DNA of 64,000 bases from a virus. The notes under the pieces were generated by a model. It was not told where the DNA came from. It made no database searches and worked only from the letters and a program-made list of their open reading frames with translations. Both the position numbers and the translations under genes were made by a program. Location of the stretch: the IMG/VR virus record IMGVR_UViG_3300023179_000012. The stretch is one strand, 5' to 3'. Positions 56,094 through 64,000 of this stretch are shown here, one piece after another. Within the stretch, counting starts at the first letter, position 1. Every line of letters begins with the position of its first letter.

Positions 56094-57050
56094 GTGCCAG
56101 GACCTAATAAAAGAGTATATTTTCCGTGTCTGGGCATTGCGAAGTGTCCAGACACGTCTATTTATAACGAGGTTATTTCAGCGGAAGTTGGTGTTAGTCT
56201 AAACATTAATAATATTATCACTCCAGGATCGGTTACACCCGCTGGACAATACTCTGATATTCCAGAGTCTACATTTTCATATACATCATACTTACAAACA
56301 TTTACGCCTATAGCCGACGAAGACGGCGTTAATAATTTTGTTGGTTGGGATATGCTCGTTGGTTTAGATAGCGATACTAATCAAACTTTTGGTGGACTAT
56401 TTAGTGGCACATCAACACTACTATCTGGCTCGGTTAATGGCTCTTCACCATATGATGGTATCAGATGCTCATTGTGTACATTATCGTCAATTTCATACGA
56501 TTTACCGGTTGATGGAAATTTTACTGTTAGTAGAACGTATCAAGGTTTTTCTAAAAAAGTTTTACCAAACGCTGGCGGCTACACATTTACAGAAAGTACC
56601 GGTAAAGTTAAACGTAGACAATGTTTTCAAGGAACTCTTCCATCCAGAATATCTAATAATGCTATACAAAATATAAAAATTGAATTCTCTATCAATAGAA
56701 CACCAGTACCAGAATTTGCTACCAGAAAACCATATGCTGTTTATGTTAATTTTCCAATCGAAAGTACTATAACATTTGATATGATAGTTCAACGATTAGA
56801 TAAATATAATCTTGATGCTCTTCAAACCGCTTGTAAAAATATTGGAGTAACATCAGAAGATATTACTATATCTGTTGATGGGGCCGGATCTATAACATTA
56901 AAAAAAGCTTATGTCAATAGTATTCAATATAATGGTGGATCTGCAAACTCCAACGATAATCAAACAGTATCAGTAACATATAAAAGTTATGAACCAATAA
57001 CAAACATAAAACCTGTTATCATAACACCGGACGAGGATCCTTGTTTATAG
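56094..57050 (+). CDS. second tail-tube-like paralogue
   Basis: SSISYDLPVDGNF vs SSLTYTFPVDGNF; YVNFPIE vs FVNFPLE. Confidence 0.6.
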   Translation: MPGPNKRVYFPCLGIAKCPDTSIYNEVISAEVGVSLNINNIITPGSVTPAGQYSDIPESTFSYTSYLQTFTPIADEDGVNNFVGWDMLVGLDSDTNQTFGGLFSGTSTLLSGSVNGSSPYDGIRCSLCTLSSISYDLPVDGNFTVSRTYQGFSKKVLPNAGGYTFTESTGKVKRRQCFQGTLPSRISNNAIQNIKIEFSINRTPVPEFATRKPYAVYVNFPIESTITFDMIVQRLDKYNLDALQTACKNIGVTSEDITISVDGAGSITLKKAYVNSIQYNGGSANSNDNQTVSVTYKSYEPITNIKPVIITPDEDPCL

Positions 57051-57062
57051 TTTTAGGAATTT

Positions 57063-58118
57063 ATGACAACTATCGAAAAGATTTTATATAGAATATTATT
57101 AGGATATTATTATATTTATATTAATGATGAACAATATAAAGTAATTTATCCCACCCTAAGTATTAAATACGAAGCAGAATTACTATATGAAAAAATATTA
57201 GAGGATAATAAATTTGATAAGATGTATCTAAATGATAATGAAATAAAAAACTATTTACATATGAATAATATATGGTTAAAAAATGATGATGAGAAACTAA
57301 AGGACTGCGAGAAATTTCTTGAAGACTCTAAAGTTAATTTATATCTAAATTATAGTAATGAAAAAATGACCACCACTAATAAAAAAAATATTTCCAAAGC
57401 GCAAAAAGATCTTGAGACTCTTTTATCCAAAAAACATAGTTTTGATTATCTAACAATACATGAACACGCAACATCTGTTAAAAATGAATTTATTCTTATG
57501 AATAGTATCTATGATCAACACAATAATTTAGTATTTGATTATCATAAAGATCATATTTTAGCCTATAATGATTTTCAGTCTTTTGTTAGAGAAATTTTAG
57601 AGACATCTATTAAACAACATGAATTAAGACGAGTGGCTAAGTCAGACTTGTGGAAATCCTACGCTGTTGCATCAAAAATAGAAAAAGATATCATTGATAT
57701 GAATGATGACTATCGTCATCTGATTGGCTTACATAAGATGTATGATAATGTAAGACAGCATCCTGAGTGTCCATCAAATGAAATTATAGAAGATGATGAT
57801 GCTTTGGATGGATGGTTTATATACCAAAATAGAAAAGCTGAGAAAGAAAAGAAGAAGAACAGTATTATGAATAAGATTGGTAATAAGTCCAAAGATGCTG
57901 GAGAAGTATTCTTAATAACAGACGATATCAAAGAACGAGATGCTATATACGCATTAAACGATGCTACTGCTCGTCAAAATATTAAAGAAATTATTAACAC
58001 TGGTAAAAAACTAGAGTCCACAAAAGAAAATATGAAATGGCAGGATATTCCATTTGTACAAAGAGATTTGAGAAACCAGGCTCAGGAAAAGTTTAAGAAT
58101 CATCAGAAGGGAAAGTAA
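57063..58118 (+). CDS. hypothetical protein (tail assembly region)
   Basis: Long ORF between tube and tape measure. Confidence 0.6.
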   Translation: MTTIEKILYRILLGYYYIYINDEQYKVIYPTLSIKYEAELLYEKILEDNKFDKMYLNDNEIKNYLHMNNIWLKNDDEKLKDCEKFLEDSKVNLYLNYSNEKMTTTNKKNISKAQKDLETLLSKKHSFDYLTIHEHATSVKNEFILMNSIYDQHNNLVFDYHKDHILAYNDFQSFVREILETSIKQHELRRVAKSDLWKSYAVASKIEKDIIDMNDDYRHLIGLHKMYDNVRQHPECPSNEIIEDDDALDGWFIYQNRKAEKEKKKNSIMNKIGNKSKDAGEVFLITDDIKERDAIYALNDATARQNIKEIINTGKKLESTKENMKWQDIPFVQRDLRNQAQEKFKNHQKGK

Positions 58119-58119
58119 T

Positions 58120-58431
58120 ATGAAAAATAGAAAAAAGGGAATTATTAATCAAATTAATAAAAGATTTCAAACAACAATAATTGGCAGTTTAGCAAGATTC
58201 GAAGAAAATTTTGGATATTTATGGGGACATAATTCTGATAAAGAATTAACCGATAAACAAAAAGATTTTTTAGACTTGTGGGAATTTACAAGAACAGCTA
58301 TATTAAATCATGGTAATCATCAAATGAGGGATGCTGTTGATGATGTTATTGATTATATAGATCAAGAGAATAATTATTACCATTATAATTTTATCATCAA
58401 AAATAAAGACCAAGAAGAAAATAGGAGCTAA
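58120..58431 (+). CDS. hypothetical protein
   Basis: Packed ORF. Confidence 0.55.
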   Translation: MKNRKKGIINQINKRFQTTIIGSLARFEENFGYLWGHNSDKELTDKQKDFLDLWEFTRTAILNHGNHQMRDAVDDVIDYIDQENNYYHYNFIIKNKDQEENRS

Positions 58432-58434
58432 ATT

Positions 58435-59340
58435 ATGCTAACAGACAAATTTACGATGAGTGTTAATGGTGTTGATCAAGAATTTCTAATCAAAACACCA
58501 TCATTGGTTGATCAAAGAGAAGCCCAAAAGGTTTATAATCAAGCATTCTCTGATGCTGTAAAATCTGGTTGTATAGTTAGAGCCAGACTAGATGATCTAT
58601 TAAAAGAGCAAGGACTATGGGATGATCAAAAACAAATAAAGTTCAACACCTTGCAACAAGAAATATTAGACGGTGAAAAAAGCTTGTCTAAGGGTGGTAT
58701 TAGTCTTAAATCGGCTAAAGAAGTAGCTATTAAGATTAAAAGGCTACGCGATGAGATGAGAGATCTGATCAGCGTTAGAACAAATCTGGACAATCATACG
58801 GCCGAGGGGCAGGCCGATAATGCTAGATTCAACTACTTAATATCATCCTGCTTGGTGTATTCTAGTAATAAAGACAGGTATTTCAAAACATATGAAGATT
58901 ATCTTAGTAGAGCATCAGAACCAGTAGCTATCAGAGCTGCTCAAGTACTGGCCAATATGCTCTATGGCTTAGATAATGATTATGAAAAGAAATTACCAGA
59001 AAATAAATTCTTGGTTAAGTATAAGTTTGTTGATGATAAACTTAGACTAATTAATAAAGATGGTCATTTGGTAGACATTGAAGGAAGACTAGTGGATGAG
59101 AACGGCAGATACATTAATGAGAAAGGCGAGTTTGTAGATAAGAATGGAGTACCAGTTGACGTTAACGGAGACTATATTACTGATTTCCAGCCTTTCACAG
59201 ATGATGACGGCAATCCAGTTGTTCTAGAGGAAAATAAGGAATCAAAGGTAGTAACCAATGAAACACCCAAAGAAGCAGACCAACCAGTTGTCACAAACGA
59301 TGAATCAAAAGAAACAACAGCATCCTCAACTGTTAGTTAA
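58435..59340 (+). CDS. putative tail assembly chaperone
   Basis: Immediately upstream of tape measure; DxxG-x-x-V repeats. Confidence 0.45.
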   Translation: MLTDKFTMSVNGVDQEFLIKTPSLVDQREAQKVYNQAFSDAVKSGCIVRARLDDLLKEQGLWDDQKQIKFNTLQQEILDGEKSLSKGGISLKSAKEVAIKIKRLRDEMRDLISVRTNLDNHTAEGQADNARFNYLISSCLVYSSNKDRYFKTYEDYLSRASEPVAIRAAQVLANMLYGLDNDYEKKLPENKFLVKYKFVDDKLRLINKDGHLVDIEGRLVDENGRYINEKGEFVDKNGVPVDVNGDYITDFQPFTDDDGNPVVLEENKESKVVTNETPKEADQPVVTNDESKETTASSTVS

Positions 59341-59370
59341 TAGTTTTTTTAGCTTACCTATTTTTGATAT

Positions 59371-59406
59371 AAAGGGCATCATAGCATTATGGTGCCTTTT
59401 ATTTTT
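59371..59406 (+). terminator. putative intrinsic terminator
   Basis: AAAGGGCATCAT/ATGGTGCCTTTT stem plus T tract. Confidence 0.6.
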
Positions 59407-59433
59407 ATCGTTATCATAAATATAATATAAACT

Positions 59434-62400
59434 ATGGCCGCATTTAATTTAACAGCAGAAATTAATCTAAGAGGTCCTTCCAATATTAGGAAGGTTGTTG
59501 GAGATATTAAAAGAGAGCTTGGTAATATAGAATCCCAGGTTACTCTTAAAATATCTAATAAAGCCGCCCAAAATATTAATAATATCACTAATAGTGTCAA
59601 CATATTAAATGATGCACTTTTAAGAGCACAGGCAACCGCCGGAAACCTATCATCAACACTATCCTCTCTTGGTGTTTCCACGGGTAATGTTTCTAGCAGT
59701 CTTAAGTCAATTTCAAGTGGCACAGCAGAGTTAACATCTTCTGCACAAACTGTAGCCAAAGCAACATCAGAAGCGTCGTCCGAAATGGCAGAGTTCGGTA
59801 GACAATCTGCTCTTGCTGTGAGAAGATTTGCCGCTTTTAGTGTTGGTACAGCATCAATATACGGTTTAACAAGAGCTATTTCATCTTCGTTTAGTGAATT
59901 TATTAAATTTGATAGACAACTAGTTAGACTAAAACAAACCACAGGAGATTTCAGTTCCGATATTGATAGTATCTCTAATGAAATTTCGAGACTGTCCACA
60001 ACTTTTGGTGTTAGTTCTGGTGATTTGGCGGAGGTTTCGGTAACACTAGCTCAGGCCGGTTTAAGTGCTGTACAAACCAAAGACGCTCTAGAAGCATTAG
60101 CAAAAACCGCCTTGTCTCCATCATTTGAAAATATTCAAGATACTGCGGAAGGTGCTATTGCCGCCATGAGGCAGTTTAATATTTCAACCAAAGAACTTGA
60201 TAGCGCTTTGAGTTCTATTAATGCTGTTGCTGCTGCGTTTGCTGTTGAATCAAGCGATATTATAGCTGCTATTCAGCGTACTGGTGGTGTGTTTGCAAGT
60301 TCTAGCAGAGGAGTTAGTGAAGGTAAAGACGCTCTAAATGAATTTATTGCTGTATTCACCAGTGTTCGTGCTACAACTCGTGAAAGCGCTGAAACTATCG
60401 CTACTGGTTTAAGAACTATTTTTACTAGAATTCAAAGACCAAAGACTATTGAAGCATTAAGAGAATATGGTATTGAATTAACAGACTTAAAGGGTAAATT
60501 CGTTGGAGGCTTTGAGGCCATAAAAAGAATTAGCGAAGGCTTGACCGGATTAGATACTAGAGATATAAGTTTTGCTAAAATTGTTGAAGAATTGGGTGGA
60601 TTTAGACAAATCGGTAAAGTTATTCCATTAATTCAAGAGTTCGGCACCGCACAACAAGCATACAATGTTGCTGTACAAGGACAAGGCAGTTTAACCAGAA
60701 ATGCTATTCAAGCTCAAGACGCTCTAGCTGTACAATTCTCTAAAACCAAACAGGAGTTTGATGCTCTTATTAGATCTGTCGGAGACACAGGAACATTCAA
60801 AAATATTATTTCTGGTGGACTAGGACTGACAAGAGTACTAATCAATCTTGTTGGAGCTTTTAAACCACTGTTACCCTATCTTGCTATTATTGGTGGACTA
60901 AAAGCTGGAGCAGCATTAACAGAATACGCAGGAGGATTTTTAGGTGGCCTGAAGAAAAACCAAAAAGGCTCTGCTCCTCCAGAAGATTTATTAGGCCCTC
61001 TTGGTGGTGGTGGTAATCGACCAAAGAGACCATCTTCTGGCGACACAATGGATACTAGTGCCTTAGAAGCATTTTTATCTGATAATAGCACCGCTCTTAA
61101 TAATGTAACAAATTCTTTAGCAGCTTTATCAAAAACAATATCAGACGGAGCATTAGCATCGTCAAGTGTTGATCTAACTAGTATATCATCATTGATTGGT
61201 GGACTTGGCGATCAAATAGGAGAATTAAATAGTAGTTTACTAACTAGTGGCGATATTTTTAAATCATCAGCAGAACAAATCTCCACCTCGGTAATAAGCA
61301 TGTCATCTATAATGACTGGGGTTGGAGATATATATAAAGCATCTACAGATAATGTTTCAACTAATTTATTAACATTATCAGGGGCTATTCAAGAACTATC
61401 AAATAAACTTAGTGGTACAACACCTCCAAATGAAAACTCTGGACCATCAGAAGGTCCAACTATGAAATCTGGTGGTGGAGTCATTAGAAAATTTGCTAGA
61501 GGAGGTTATGTTCCTGGTTCTGGCAATAGAGATACTGTACCAGCAATGTTACAGCCTGGAGAATTTGTTATTCGTAAAAAAGCTGTTGATACTATAGGTG
61601 CTAATCAATTACATAGTATGAATAAATATGGAAGAGGAGGAATCGCTTCTAAATTTCGTTCTGGTGGTAAGATACAAAAATTTAAACAAGGCGGTGGAGT
61701 TGCAGATGTACAATTCACAGAGGGCTACGACGGAGATTCTTTCCATGTTAATTTCACACCAGCAGCTTCTCCATATGAAACATTAACAAGACTAGAGGGT
61801 GCTGACGCATATGAAATTAAAGGAGCTGCCACCAGAAAAGGATATGATGCTAATGAGATCGCTAAGGGCAAGCAAGCTGCTGAAATAACTACAAGATGGG
61901 CGCAAACAGCAGGAAAAGACAAATTATTAAAATCATTCAAAGATTCTAATAAATATGATAATCTTGGCCGTCCAATGTTTAAGTCGGATGAATTAGTCGG
62001 TCTTCTAAAAGGTGCTGGTGTCCTTGATCCAGAAAGTAAATGGAATCAAAAATCATTAGGTGGATTAATACAAAAATTTGCTCGCGGCGGCAAAGCTAAA
62101 AAAACCGAGGATTCGCCTCCTGTTCGTCCGCCTCTAAATCTGCCTGATATTATACCAGGAACAACGCCAGAACTCGAAATAGCAATAGCAGATGCAAAAA
62201 AGAGAAACAGCACATACGCTTTAACAGATAGAAGAGATAATATAAAAAGCAGGCTTACTCAAGCATATAGAGGAATAATTTTTCCAGGACTAAAACCATC
62301 TACAGAAAAAATTACAGATGACACAATAATATCTCTTTATTCCGAAGAGACATCGGGCTATATTAAAAGATCGATTAAATCATTAGAAGCCGATCTTAAG

Positions 62401-64000
62401 TATATAGATATGGCAACTAAAAAACCGGAGCAATTAAAAGCTACAAAAACACGTAGCATTAGTGATATGCTTGATGCTATTAGAGCATACCAAGCTTTCG
62501 GTTTAGACTCTACCTTAAACGAAGCTGCTGCTAATAATACTTTAGACGCTAAATTGGGCAGCATCTTAACTGAAGAAGATAAAAAAAGATACGCAGCAAT
62601 AGCTGATAAACCCTTATCGTTTTTTGCAGAATCTTTGGATGATAGTATGCAGTTTTCGATGCCAAAAACATTATATGCGGGCTTGGGACAAAGCAAACAA
62701 AAATTATTGTTGGACTCCGCTGGAATAAAAATTAACGAAGAAAAAGATATACAAAAGCTTGTTGGCAAAACGGTTAGTATGCCATCATTCTTATCTTCTT
62801 CAGAATTAGAGAGTGTTGGTTTGAGTTTTTCTAGAACCGGCTTAATGAAAATAGCAACAAATCCTAAACGCAAAGGTTTAAATGTTAATTTAGCTAAAGA
62901 ACAAACAGTTAACAGAGATGACATGGCGACCAGAAGTTCTAAAAATAGGCTTATTGATAATGAATCAGCATTTTTTAGCGAAGATTTTGCTGATGATATG
63001 GATATTGAAAGCGAATATATTTTTCCTAGAAATAGTAAATTTAAGGTTTTAAAAACAGAAAGTAGCATATGGAATAGAAATAAACCACCAGAAGATCCTT
63101 GGGCTATAAACTGGGATGTGCAAGAACTAGCTCAAGGAGGTAAAATTCAAAGAAAAGTTGGTTATATTGATTACGATGTAATAGCTAATGAAGCTAATGC
63201 TGCGGTAGTAGATGCTGGAATGAAACAGGCTGGGGTGAGTGGTCCTAGATTATATGCAGACTATCTTACAGATCTTGCTGTTAAAGCTAGAAAAGAAGAA
63301 AGCTTAGATAAATTAAGAGCAATTTATGGTGTTGCTGGTAGTGGTAAAACTACTCTTGCTCGTGGAGCCGGAACCGATATTGGCACCATGAGACAAACAG
63401 AAAGATTTCCAATATTAAGTCCAGAAGATATACAAAAGGCAACAGAAGTATTAATATTAACCAGTACTGTTTCTAAAGATAAATTAGAAGGATTTTTGAG
63501 AGAGGTTGATAGGGCTTATACTCTCAGTTCAACAACACCAGAAGAACAACAAAGAATACTATCTCAAAGATCAAGCAGAGATATTACTGGAATAGGACTA
63601 GAAGGCCGTCAACCCGGCGCCACAACTGGAGTTGGTACAGACACAGCTATCGGAGAAGCATTATTAGGCGATGCTCTTGGTAAAAAATCAGTTGTATTAG
63701 GAAGAACAGGGACTGGTAGACTAAGAGCTAAAAATAAAAATGAATTAGTTGATGTTATCAAGAAAAAGATTGGCTTCACATGGGGTGGATTTGCTCCAAC
63801 AACAAGAGGACACGAATCTATTGTTGATGCTGCTGCTGCTTATGGTATACCACCAGAAGATTTTATAGCTTTAGTTGGATCCAATGAGGGGATTAGAAAT
63901 ACTGATCCATCAAGTTATAGAACAGCAATTTTAGATCAAGACGCTAGAGTATTATTAGCTAAAGCTGGTTTTGGCGCAAAAGGAGCCACAGTATTACCAA
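59434..64000 (+). CDS. tape measure protein (TP901-type) with fused enzymatic domains; runs off the window
   Basis: Read by hand, open from ATG 59434 to 64000; LAQAG, EGAIA, ETIATGLRTIFTRI core; GGYVPGSGNRDTVPAMLQPGEFV. Confidence 0.9.
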   Translation, partial: MAAFNLTAEINLRGPSNIRKVVGDIKRELGNIESQVTLKISNKAAQNINNITNSVNILNDALLRAQATAGNLSSTLSSLGVSTGNVSSSLKSISSGTAELTSSAQTVAKATSEASSEMAEFGRQSALAVRRFAAFSVGTASIYGLTRAISSSFSEFIKFDRQLVRLKQTTGDFSSDIDSISNEISRLSTTFGVSSGDLAEVSVTLAQAGLSAVQTKDALEALAKTALSPSFENIQDTAEGAIAAMRQFNISTKELDSALSSINAVAAAFAVESSDIIAAIQRTGGVFASSSRGVSEGKDALNEFIAVFTSVRATTRESAETIATGLRTIFTRIQRPKTIEALREYGIELTDLKGKFVGGFEAIKRISEGLTGLDTRDISFAKIVEELGGFRQIGKVIPLIQEFGTAQQAYNVAVQGQGSLTRNAIQAQDALAVQFSKTKQEFDALIRSVGDTGTFKNIISGGLGLTRVLINLVGAFKPLLPYLAIIGGLKAGAALTEYAGGFLGGLKKNQKGSAPPEDLLGPLGGGGNRPKRPSSGDTMDTSALEAFLSDNSTALNNVTNSLAALSKTISDGALASSSVDLTSISSLIGGLGDQIGELNSSLLTSGDIFKSSAEQISTSVISMSSIMTGVGDIYKASTDNVSTNLLTLSGAIQELSNKLSGTTPPNENSGPSEGPTMKSGGGVIRKFARGGYVPGSGNRDTVPAMLQPGEFVIRKKAVDTIGANQLHSMNKYGRGGIASKFRSGGKIQKFKQGGGVADVQFTEGYDGDSFHVNFTPAASPYETLTRLEGADAYEIKGAATRKGYDANEIAKGKQAAEITTRWAQTAGKDKLLKSFKDSNKYDNLGRPMFKSDELVGLLKGAGVLDPESKWNQKSLGGLIQKFARGGKAKKTEDSPPVRPPLNLPDIIPGTTPELEIAIADAKKRNSTYALTDRRDNIKSRLTQAYRGIIFPGLKPSTEKITDDTIISLYSEETSGYIKRSIKSLEADLKYIDMATKKPEQLKATKTRSISDMLDAIRAYQAFGLDSTLNEAAANNTLDAKLGSILTEEDKKRYAAIADKPLSFFAESLDDSMQFSMPKTLYAGLGQSKQKLLLDSAGIKINEEKDIQKLVGKTVSMPSFLSSSELESVGLSFSRTGLMKIATNPKRKGLNVNLAKEQTVNRDDMATRSSKNRLIDNESAFFSEDFADDMDIESEYIFPRNSKFKVLKTESSIWNRNKPPEDPWAINWDVQELAQGGKIQRKVGYIDYDVIANEANAAVVDAGMKQAGVSGPRLYADYLTDLAVKARKEESLDKLRAIYGVAGSGKTTLARGAGTDIGTMRQTERFPILSPEDIQKATEVLILTSTVSKDKLEGFLREVDRAYTLSSTTPEEQQRILSQRSSRDITGIGLEGRQPGATTGVGTDTAIGEALLGDALGKKSVVLGRTGTGRLRAKNKNELVDVIKKKIGFTWGGFAPTTRGHESIVDAAAAYGIPPEDFIALVGSNEGIRNTDPSSYRTAILDQDARVLLAKAGFGAKGATVLP

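Noticed and set aside
52964-59340. Contractile tail sheath; programmed frameshift in the tail chaperone
   Set aside because: No sheath-like ORF; no slippery site with a downstream alternative-frame ORF could be supported before the TMP
59379-63068. Minus-strand ORFs 59379-59999, 60876-61091, 61725-61940, 62358-63068
   Set aside because: Antisense to the continuous tape measure frame
1-64000. Stop-codon reassignment
   Set aside because: Core genes (TerL, portal, capsid, TMP) are uninterrupted in the standard code; TAA, TAG and TGA all end genes

Overview
64 kb of a large tailed dsDNA phage, probably siphovirus-like because no tail sheath is seen. A Planctomycetota host is inferred from its HU/IHF homologue. 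Bases 1-29.8 kb are transcribed leftwards: an AT-rich run of small accessory genes (1-12 kb), then a more GC-rich region (12-29.3 kb). That region is divided into about 18 units by a fixed-geometry 80-bp four-armed repeat. Most units carry stacked sigma70-type and sigma28-type promoter motifs, with sigma54-type motifs at the distal end, plus 1-4 small genes, tRNAs or structured RNAs. There are 10 tRNAs, including an unusual Ser(ACU), and 2 tRNA-like RNAs. From 29.9 kb rightwards lies the late module: phage sigma factor, HNH and ERCC4 nucleases, TerL, portal, protease/scaffold, capsid, a collagen-like fibre, a sulfotransferase/glycosyltransferase/methyltransferase block, neck and tail genes. 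The tape measure gene (59434 to beyond 64000, absent from the ORF track) carries SNase, ADP-ribosyltransferase, P-loop kinase and HIGH-motif nucleotidyltransferase domains separated by KFxxGG linkers. All assignments come from motif recognition by eye; no searches were run.
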